A DNA stretch of 64,000 bases, taken from positions 27,528,001 through 27,592,000 of the forward strand of contig NC_092674.1 in assembly GCF_964355755.1 (NCBI RefSeq), read 5' to 3'. The notes under the pieces were generated by a model. The model did not search any database, had not been told where the DNA came from, and saw only the letters and a program-made list of their open reading frames with translations. The stretch comes from Antedon mediterranea (lineage: Eukaryota; Animalia; Echinodermata). A program made the translations under genes and the position numbers. Each line of letters starts with the position of its first letter. Within the stretch, counting starts at the first letter, position 1. Positions 28,601-40,600 of this stretch are shown in pieces.

Positions 28601-31600
28601 CATCAATACAAACGCGTCATTTGTTGACGCATTGCGTTTGCGTAGGTACTTGAAAATCCCTGTTTTGCCGTGTTGATATATTAGATAACACGGCTCGAAG
28701 ACCTTGATCAACGTGAAATGCTTTATTGAAATACATGATAACAATTATAAATTATCTTTTTCATTTAGAAGTATCAAATGACACTTTAAACTAATTATGT
28801 AGTAAAATCGTTAGCAGAACATCATTCGCTATACATACTACTGTAGTACGTTGATTCAACTGGCTTTTTTCATTAGAAACACTGGTAATTCCTCCTGTTA
28901 TAAATACTAATATAGATTGTCAAATTGTACCTAGGCTTATCTAATGTTCATGGTGTTTTATAATATTTATTGTATTTTGAGGCTGGTGACTGAATAAAAT
29001 CTTTCATTGGAGAGAACTGCAACTGCAAATAACAACCCCAAACAACTACCCCCCATAACCCCCTAAAAAAACCCAAACAACCCCCAAAAAACCATGTGGT
29101 ATAGTATAACCTCATGAATAATTTACAGTTAAGTTGTTAATGATTTGCTGTCATGTTCTCGGTCTGCTTCGCATCGTCTTTCATTTAAGCAGGTTCATGT
29201 CAATTACGTTTTTCCCCCTATTATCACAATTCACGCCTTAGAGCTTAGGCTGAGATTATTCGTAATATCCCTCAATATGTAATCAACTTTATTTAATATA
29301 TTCATGCTTTTGTTAATGGTTATTTCAGATTATTCTATAAGCCCTGGAATTATCACGTTTAATCTTAAAGTATAATTAGAAATTATATTATTTCTAAAAT
29401 GTATTTTATTTTTTTCATTGCTGTCTGTTGCATTTATACCTTATGTACAAAAACCTACCGTACCTTACGTATTTATACGGGCATAATATGAGAAAGACAT
29501 GCAAGATGAAACTTAACATTTTAAACACTTAACATTTGTTACTTATTAATGTGTACCATGGACCAATACACATCATTTGCACAAAGACTCGATTGTTCCA
29601 CCTAATTGTACACACATAGTCTTCTGTACTATTTACTTTGATGCTGCGACCATCGTTCAACAAACTGTTAACTTGCATATGAATTGACATTGTCATTTAC
29701 TTTGAAACCAAAGGTTCGTTTTTGTGTCCCTGTCCATTTGATCTATCAGACCTGTTAAAGTTTCATTTTCTGTGTAAATACTTGTTGCTTTGCAATACAA
29801 GAAAAATAAAAATAAATGAACTAACCTGTCTGTCTTCCTCTTTTCAACTTCTAACTCTCGATACGTTTGTTGAAGTTTATCCGTCATTATTTCCAATGTT
29901 CTGGTTAGTTTGTACTCTTCCTCAAATTTTTCTGACATAAGAACAAGTTCACGTGTGGCATCATGAACAGGAATGTCACTCACGTACAAAGACTTCCGTC
30001 GAAGCTCTTCCAGATTAACAATGCTTGGAGAACAGAGGAACAATATGTCACCAGACTTATTTATTTCCATCATTTGACCTTTGAACTTAATGCTCTGTGA
30101 ATCACCATTTTCCGCAGAATCGTTTCCTAGGAGATGAGGTTTTGTACATAGTACATACATGGAGTTAAAATGACCTAAGAAATCTTGAATGGTAAAGTTG
30201 ACATGTGGACGAATCAGGTCAAATATGTCAGTTAAACGGCAGTCTTGCGAGGTCAAGAATGGAAACAGACGTAGCATGGAGTCACCAGCTTGAAGTATCA
30301 CAAAGTCGTTGTCAAAGATGATGTGGAATGGAAAGATGTGACAGAAGACTTCAGTTGATATTAACGGATGTTCTGGAAGAATTTCCATTGGTCCGGTGTC
30401 TTTTGCCGACTTTCCTTCTTCTTGAGGGTGATGCTCAATGATAGCCAATTGTACATGATCACAGTCTTCACCTTTTCGTTTTATAATTTCCACGTCGACA
30501 TCAGCTTTATGTAGTTTATCAGAGATGGCTTTCACCAACCCGATGACAATGCTCTCGAGACCTGGACGCTCTGAGTAATAATGAAGAACCAAGGCCCCGT
30601 CACTTTCACGAAGGGTGCAACGGAAAGAGGGTGCTCTCATTCCTGGATAGATGGAAGCTAAATGGTCATGTAGAGCGTCAAGATTCTGCAAAAAGTCTGT
30701 CGTGTTGGAACCAAGTACCATTAGGATCTTTTCGTAGCCTGATTCCTGACAGAACCTGAAGAACATCCACCCGAATGCTTCAAGGAGGTCATTGACATCA
30801 ACCTCTGTTAATAGAAAGCATAAGTTGTAGTAATAATGCTATGATATTAAATGAATTTATAAGACTGGACGTGTCAAAGTGTTACACGAGTCTCAAAAGT
30901 GTAGGCTTGTTTAATAATGGAAAATGTGCTTAGAAGATTGGACCAGATACCTCCCCACAAACAAGTTTTTACTGGTCAGAAATCAATAGTTTCATCATTA
31001 TCATTATCTGACATGATTCTTGGTAGTGCTACTTAGCAGAACAATTATGCATTTTAGTTTGTTTTTCATAGTTCGAACTCGCTGCCTCACTCTCCTTTCC
31101 CACGAAACTACTAACCTACAGTATACCCGGAGTATATCTTTTTCAGTTAACAGAATATAATATATGTTAAGATAGTTTATAGTTGATTCCATGTGATTCC
31201 TTGACAAATATATCTCCTTTTTCTTTCTTTTTTATGGTAGAAAATGACCTTGTCTTAAATAATGACTGTGTTCATTTAATATGAATGTATTGGAATGAAG
31301 TGAAAACTGTTTCAAGTTCATTTGAGCATCACTTATATCCCTGTTAATTGCCCTGCAATGATATTACACATATAACAACTTCCTCAATAAGCCTTCATTA
31401 AATCGGTTACAATATTGGTTAAGTAGGAGATGCTACTCGGTTAAATTACCCTACTCAAGTAGGCTTATAGGCTGCGGCATTCCTATGCGTGTGATAATGA
31501 CAACATTATTTGTATCATTTTGGCGCACCTGCCCAAACCTATACCTGAAGTTCCATGGTATTTTCAGGCTATATGTCGCCTGAACAAACATTACAATTAA

Positions 31601-34600
31601 AAAAGTAATTCTTACAATCGCACACAAATACCACATCGCTTCGATGTCGGACAAGAAACACGTGTAAAAGTATTATTATCGGCCGTGAACATTTTAGCGT
31701 TATACTTTTTATAATAGCCCAGCTAAGATACAATCTTTAAGGTTAGGAGTCCTTGTAGTATAATACCGTAGGATGCCGTATACTCATGATAGACTACATT
31801 GTATCACACGGTGCTGTGTTGACCCATACAAGATAAGATGAACCCAAATTATATCATCTTCTGCGCTGGGTTAACCCCTATAGCATCACGCGGTGAGCAT
31901 TTTTAATACCATCTTGATGGTTATCTATTGATGCATAGTATGGTTTTTTTTCAGATACCATCATTTGCACTCCTTCGGGTTAATTCTTTTCATACACTTT
32001 GCTGTGGGTTACAACTCTTATTTGAAATAGTTGAGGCCAGCAATTTTCTAACAACAACGGATAAACCAATCTCAAATATTAATCTGATTTTGAAGTTTAG
32101 GCCTATATAGTTGATGTGTGTAATTTCAGTCTAAACTTAGTGCCCTGTATTTTGTTGTTAGTTATAGGTGGGTAGTTTTGTTGTGTTGCTGTATCATGTT
32201 AACATATATATTCTTATATATATATATATATATATATATTTCTTTTAACAGCTTGCTTAAAAGTTACAAACCCTGAGAGCGCTTTGAATCTGCGTGTAAG
32301 CATTTTCACCATGTACGCTTTGAATAATCATAATATCATTTTTACTGATGATTTTATTTTACATGACATGGATTGTATGGATCCTAATAAATGATTAAGT
32401 ATTTATTTATTTATTTCAACAATATTTTACGAGGGTGGTCCATCCAGCCGAATAAAAATGAATAGTTTTCCTACAATTTTCAAATATGATCGAGTTTCTA
32501 GGCCGAATGTCATTCGTAGGGTGCTCAGGAACGTATACCATTTTGATTTTCATCTATATACCGTAATGCAAACAAGTTTTTATTTATAGAAAGTTTAATT
32601 TAGAAGAAAAGCTATAGGCCTAATTGATTGAATAATGCATGGTTGATATTTAAGACCAATACTGTTGAAATTGAATTTAAATATCACACAACGAATTTTT
32701 CTTTCGTGGTTGTATCTTAGACAAACCGTGACACGTTTATCATAATTATTCATATCAAAATGTGTATGCTCACTTTACATATTGGTACTCTTCTATATAA
32801 AATGTGATTATGATGTGATCAACAAAATTAAATTACGTCATTATCTACAGTGAATATCGAAAAAAAAATTTGCCGTAGGTTCGAAATGAATTATACATGA
32901 AACAACAATGTTGTTCTAACACTGTCTGTAGACAATTACACCGAGCTCTTTTGGGATAGAGTTCTCATTTCTGTTGACATTTCCTATTGTTAACGAATAA
33001 ACTCACGGGAGTTGGTTAATACGATTAATCAGGTTTTTGTTCAAACATCGAATCGTGCCGAGTTTCATTTTATATCCGTTTCATTATTTACAAATCCCCA
33101 AGACGATTCATAGATTCGGCATTATATTAAATGATACTTGTAGTAATGTATAGTTTAATAATTGTGGTTTATTGACAAAAAATGATTATGGAAATGATAC
33201 TCGATGACGACCCATGTTATTTTAAAACTAAACAAAAATGTTCATTATAGATGATAATTTTTGTCAGTTTACACAAAATCAATATCCATTACCAGCAGCC
33301 TATTTATATTGACGTTAAATTATCTATCTATACGATAATGCTCCGTAAAATAACGTTATGCCCTAAAGGCATTCGACCCCCGCATTCGACACACGCATCA
33401 GTATCTACTTTTTCGCCAGCTATGTCCCAAGAGGACATACTCATTAAGAAGCTTAGTTGTTGGAGTTGTGGCTTGGTGGTTATGATGCTTGTCTACCACT
33501 CCAAGGGTCATGGGTTCAAGTCCCGTCACATGTCAGGATTTTTTCTAAGGGCCAAATTACTCCACTCCCAAAGACTTGTAATAAGACTTTGTTTATGTAG
33601 AGCATCTTGTGTATATGTTTGTCTTGTGAAGCTCTGAGGGTCCCTAATGATCAGCGATAGCTGGATGGATCACCCTCATTAAATATGGTTAAAAAAAAAA
33701 AAAAAAAAAAAAAGCTTTATCATCGTGGTAGCTATAGTTCTATACCATCTCGCCGTTTCTATATCCGTTTCAATTAATTAGTTGCTTGTATTCACCTACT
33801 ATTTCCAAATTTAGAACAATAGTGGCATTAATAATGACTAACTAACTTACTAAGTATCTTAACTGCAGCTCCAACTAAGTCGAATGATAGTTGATCATCG
33901 TAAACCTGTCTCAGAAGAAAGTCTCCATCAACGTCTCCAGCAGCTTCTCGTCTGAAATGAATCAAACACAACATTTGCTACATTTATTTCTTAATAAACC
34001 TCATTAAAAAAACATTTGATGCTTTATTTTGAATAAGTATTTCTTCCTCGAAAATATTGACAAATCAAAAATAAGAGTTAGATAAATATTCTTGTTGGTA
34101 TTAAATCTGCAAAACGGTCGAGTCAGATTCGTGCTTCCAAATTCTGGAACTAACATACAGTATTAACATGTGTTTTATTGTCTTTGACATGAGTTAGGCT
34201 TGTTATTGGTAACATTTTGATGGACAGGCATTTGTGCTGTGCTATTATCTTGAGTCATGCCCATGAGTCGAAATTCTAATATGAGTTGTTTTTAAGCCAG
34301 GCCTACAATTATTCGAATTTCTGGTTATGGTAGGCCTAATATATTTGTGTGTTTATATAAGTGCCAATGTCTTTGAGCCAGGCCTCTGAGTCGAACTTCT
34401 AATATGAGTGTTATTGTTTTGCGAGGCCTACAATTAATCGCATTTCTGATTATGGTAGGCCTAATACTGTGTGTATTGAGTGCCATTGTCTTTGAGTCAG
34501 ACCTGGGTCGAACTTCTGATGAGTGTTATTGTTTTTAAGCGAGGCCTACAATTAGTCTAATTTCTGATTAAGATAAGCCTAATATTGTTTATGAGTGCAA

Positions 34601-37600
34601 AATGTCTTTCTTTGAGTCTGGCCTGGGTCGAATATTGTTTTTAAGCGGATTTCTGATTATGGTAGGCCTAATATTGTATGTTTATACAGTACAGCCATTG
34701 TCTTTGAGTCAGGCCTTGGTCGAAATTATGATTATGTGTCTTTATCAGAGTCTGAAGAGTTTAGAAAGCATGGGTAATTAGTTTTCGCCCCGTAATTACT
34801 TTTTCATAATTCCGTCAATTGAAAGTATGATAGATGGTTTAGTGTTTTGTGTAGAAGTGATTTCAATTGTCAATTGTAAGCAAAATGCATAACAATCAAG
34901 CTGCGAGAACCTAAAGTAGGCCTAACGACTATTCAAGTACAAATTATAAACAAAAGTCAATACGGAAGTAGTCTACTTAAGGGAACATATGTAATTATTT
35001 TACTGCAGTTACTGCAGTAACTGTACATTCTGTTTACTCTTTAACCTGTTTATTATTTAGCAAGCTTAACTTGCCTTAAGTCTGTCTTTTTTATGTTAGT
35101 CCTCTTTTCGATTTCTTTTTGGTATACGTATGAAACGCCATATGTGCCAAAATATTAATCTTTTTACTGATATTAACTAAAAACTCCGTCTAGAACATAG
35201 ACTAGGTAATCATCTGTATACAAATAACTACATCACACAAAATGTCATTATAGTTCATTTAGTTACTGTAGTTACTGCAGTAACTGAGAATAATTTTGAC
35301 ATGATCCCTAACGAACAATTAACAAAAGCTTTTCATTTCCTGTTTATGTTATATTTTATTGATTTTACTCATAAAAAATACAATATAAAACGTCTGACGT
35401 CACTTATTAATTAAACACATAACTGTTAACAATGAAGATAATAATGGCATTATTAGTCTTATTATGTTTTTAATAAAGTGTCTTAAAATAGTGCACATGT
35501 GAGAGTTCTTCTCAATTTTAAAGCTCAGGTACAGACATGAATTTTAAATATAATATTTGGTTAATTGTACATAAATTAAATATTTGTAACATAAATCAAG
35601 ACGGAAAAACATGAATTCCCCTTAATAATGATCAAATACCAAATTTGGCAAATTTTTTCCATAAAAACCAGGAACCCGTTTTTCCAGTAGTTAGGTAGTT
35701 AACCTAATGTAATAACATGTGGATATACGGTGGATAATTTTTGCTATAGCATGAAAATAAAAATCTGAAGTTGAATAAAAATATCAGAAATGTGATATTC
35801 AAGTTATATTACCTATATTTAATCATCTGATAACATTTTTTTCCACTCCGTTTATTTTTCATAGCTTTTTAAAATGCCTCTCTATTTGTGTACAAAAGAA
35901 TAGAGATTTTACTGTGTAATTTGAGCTATCCCCCCACTGATAAGAAAGTGCTTATTTTCAACAAGCTCGTGTAACACAAATAAAATCCCCAAAATTATGA
36001 AACATAGGGGAAACTACAGATCGATAATTATTGGAATGTATGATCAATAGAAATCGTTTGCCCGCACCTGGCCTTTAACATCAGTGAGGACAGTATAGGC
36101 TGTTTCGGTTGTCCAATCGATTTGCGTTTCATAGCTAGCAGCTCACTATTGTAAAAACATATCAGCCGTGTTACAACTGCTATTACATACATGGAATAAG
36201 CGTTCTTGTGTCAATTATTTAAATAAAATTTCGGTTTTCTGGGCGGTCGGTTTTCGGAGATTCCACATCGTTAAGCTCCGTCTACACTATCAAAGTGTAT
36301 GTGACAGAAAATGGTGATGTGCCCAAATAAGGTAGTGATATGCTGAAATATGGTAGTGATATCATGTCCATATATGGGCACATCACATTTTTTTATCACA
36401 TAAAGTTTGATAGTGTGGACAGAGCTTAACTTATCAACATAAACGTCAAGTGCTTCAATGTGCAATGAAGTAACTCAAGGATGGTCAGTGCGCTTGAATG
36501 ATTGTGACAATAACATATCACAAAATAATGGTTACACTAAACATAATGATACTAATATATTAGTAGATTAGTCTCTATATTGTCATAAATTATAAATTTA
36601 AACTTGAGTGTCATGGCAAGCAGGAACCGTCGCGTTGCAACGACGTGTGCACGTTGCCGTAAACGTCAGCACCGTTTTCTGTTTTGTGTATTGTACATCG
36701 TAAAAGTGATGATATTCAACTCCTCGTAAGATTGGTGATGCGAACGGGTGGATCTAGGATCATGCGTAGCGCGTTCAGACGTTTCTTAAGCTCTGTCTAC
36801 ACTATCAAACTTTATGTAACAAAAAATTGTGATGTGCCCATAATAATGGACATGATGATGTCAAATCACTTTTTTTTGTCAAACTAGTTTAAAAGTGTAG
36901 ACATAGCTTCACATTCCCTTATGATTTACCTAATTTCTCTAAACAAAGAATGTATATAAAGTTCTTATAAGTTGATTATTTTAGTGATACATTTTTTCTG
37001 TAAACCGGGAAAATAATATTTAATATGACAAGCCGGAAAGGCCAAAAAACAGACACTGGTATTATGAACGACTAATTATTCTCAATTAGCACGTTTGTTA
37101 TGAAACTGTGAACGTTGAATGTAATTTTACTCCGACGATTTTGCCAGTGTTACATTATTTATGAACACCTAATTTCTATGTGAACCTTTTCTGTATTTTT
37201 GTCGGCAACATGTCAATGGTTATATACGCATAATGTTTCTCAAAATTGTATGAAAATAGCAATAGTTAATTTTTGGGCCGAAATTTGGGCTGAATAAGTT
37301 TAGTCGCAATTTAGTCCTGGTCTTTGATTCGTCTTACAGTAATTCATTTCATCGATTTCATCCCTTCTCATACTTGATGGCCCAACCATAGTCTAGGTTT
37401 TACTTAATATTCCTTTTAAAAAAAACACTTTGGCATACATGGCGTGTCATAGCTACACTTGGGCTGAATTCACGTGTTTTCTAAAAATAGAAAAGAAACA
37501 AAGACTAAAGCTGATTTTCCACTAGGCGAATTTGTTAGCGCGAATCGAAAGCGTTAGCTTATACGCATGCGTATTCATGTTTCCATCTTCCAAATCCCTA

Positions 37601-40600
37601 TCTACGCATGCGTATAACCTGACGCATTCGATTCGCTCGAACAAATTCGCCTAGTGGAAAATCGGCTTAAAGACGTAGTCTAGCCCAACCCCAACAATGA
37701 AGATGAACCAACTTGTCAAATATTACAACAGAGTTATATCCCGTAAAATTATTCAGAATTAAAATAGAATAAGATTGGAGTGAGAGACGGTGTTATATTT
37801 AGAACTCATTACTATTTTCACTGTTCCCGTGTCTTCACAATTGTGCTGTCTTGATGATAAGGACAAACTGCAGTCAAGTGTAACCAATTAAAGAAAGCCA
37901 ATTAATATGCCAATCAAACACTGTTTGTTTCAAGTAAACATTTATTTTATAAAACAAATATTTAGAGTCTCATCAAAGAGCCGTTTAATTCAAAGATTTA
38001 GTGTTTTGAATTATTAAATAACACCTTGTTTGGCGCGCTCGTAATTCATATGTTCGTATGGTACATTTTGTCATCAAGGGAAAATGTTGCATTAAAATGA
38101 AAGTATAGATACATTTTCATAAAGAGAATGATTTGTATCGTGCTAAACCTGTGTTTTCTGCTTGATCTATAAACTGATAATAAATAGCCTAGCATGGCTT
38201 ATGACGGTTATTATTGCTCCTTTTTGCGAGGAAAAAAGTCCCCTTTTAGTGATAAAAGAACCCCTGTAAAAATACTGGTTATTGGTCGTGGAATCGCTTT
38301 AGAACCTTCGTGTCCCCTTCTCCCCAAGTCCCTAACGAGTATAACAAACGCCCGTTATATAATTCGTACTATTGCACGTCATGTAACACACATCGTCCAA
38401 TCAAATTTATCTAGGTGTTACCAGGGAAGACTAAATTACAATAATTTAACTCTTCCCTGGTGTTTTAAATAATAAAAAATAAGTGCACATTGTATTCAAA
38501 TGATAATTATAGTCTAAAATGCTAATATATCATGGTTACCTAATTGAGATGCAATATTTATTACTCATCACATTTTATTTTTAACTCTTTTGTATTTTCA
38601 TAACACAATTATTTCAAACTCGATCTAAGTACGCGCTATGTTTTTAATTTCTTGGTGCCATCTTCCCTTGATTAATCGCGTCGTATAATTTTTGTTATCA
38701 AAAAAGTCCATTCATTACTACCAAATCACGAATATTGTATATTCAAAGTGCGCAGTGATCGTAAAGAAACCTTTTTAAAACACGTTTTAAATTGATTTAT
38801 CCAATGTTCTTTATCATTCACGATAAATTACTGATTCGTTACTTGATAATAGCATATAAAAAAACGCCGCCGTAGATTTTTATTCGTGATGTATACTAGT
38901 TATATCAATTAAGTAGTCACATGTGATGCAGTCAACGTGGTCTTCGATTCCCTATAAAGTTCCGTAATTAAATTCATCCAACCTCGTGCTTGATGGCCCA
39001 ACAACAGTCTAGGTTTTTCTTAATATTTCTTAAAGAAAAACATTTTGGCATACATGGCGTGTCATACTTGAGCTAGAAAAAGATGCATACTAGTTATATT
39101 AATTAATTTTCGATGTAGGTCATTATTAGATTTCAGTGAAGTCTAATTACCATCTTCGTGACTTTCTAATACATTCACCATACTTATCCACATAGCCATT
39201 ATTGTATATAATTTTACAGGTCGGTGTCCTATCTGTCTTAAGTATTTTAATGTACTCCCGATATTTCCGTTTTTTGATGATGCTTACGTGAAACAGAGAA
39301 CAAATTTGTATTACAAAATCAGTGTATATGTATGACAAAGCATTTCACTGTTGTGTGATGTAAGGATACATGATATTATTTAAAACTTTAATTGTTTGCC
39401 GATTCTCCGTACTGTTTGTAAATCATTATAATATATAATACATATTCCGTGACACAAGTGCGCATATATGAATATGCAACAGATACAGTTTTAAGCTTGG
39501 GTCCCACTAGGACGCAACGCAAGGACGTAAACGCAACACAAGCTAGGTGACCAATGGCAAGCGACAAAATATTTCATCGCCTGTGATTGGTCGAAACCCT
39601 TACGTTGCGTTACGTCGTTGTGTTGCGTCTCTAGTGGGAACCACGAATTACATATTAAAGTGTTCCTATGATACAAGCATGACGTGTGAGGTATATAACA
39701 TAGAAATAATTAATAATCAGTAATCAGTGATTTGTCTTTGAAAGAATAATAAAAATGTTATAATGTCTAACTGGGCAAATTAATAGGCCTACGGCCTCTA
39801 ATGATTGTCTGGAATTGGCATAAAAAATAGGTTGATTAATAAAGTATAATTGTTAATGCTAAACACTCGTTTTATACGTGTCTGGTCTACACTTTAGCAG
39901 CCGATATAATATACGTAATATGAAATAGTATACAGATAAAATAATATCGCCTGTGGGCGAAATGGCGGCAAACGCGACACACCACCAGAAGACATATAAT
40001 TGCACGAGTCATCATTCGTATTGTTATAACAGTCTGTCTATTAAAACAATTTACACTGTTACACGGGTACAGCTAAATTAAGACATGTTCAACCAGGGAG
40101 TTGTAAAATAATAATAATAATAATATAATAATTATTTTACAACTCCCTGGTTCAACTATATACTTATTGTATAATATGAAAAGTCAAGCGCATTCTATCT
40201 ACGCGTGTCGGAAATTTATATCGTGGGAAAGGTACTTACAGGTTACATGGCACGTCCACTGGACCACCAACATAGCTTACGCGTGGACACTAGACGTACT
40301 TGAATTGTTGAGATTATAGTGTCGAGTTTTAATGAAAATAAAACAGGACAGTGCTGAATGTGTATCTGACTTCTGCCAACTCAACACAGGTCCGTTCATG
40401 CTTACTTATTATAGCTTGGTTCCCACTAGAGACGCAACGCAAGGACGTAGACGCATCGGATTGACAAATGACAAGAGAGTTCGAATAATCCATCGCTTTT
40501 GATTGCTCAACTCACTAATTGCGTCTGTAGTGGGAACCAAGCGTTACCCTGGTAAGTTAGTGATAAATATGCCCCCAAAAATTCAACCGGATAAACAACT

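Noticed and set aside
29693-29825. C-terminal part of the 357-aa ORF (LVHLFLFF...FQSK)
   Set aside because: Read-through into the intron after the AG|GTTAGT donor. Homology resumes at 28328.
33461-33530. Possible tRNA gene
   Set aside because: A and B boxes are present but I could not build a convincing cloverleaf. It continues into a body and poly(A) tail, so it is a SINE.
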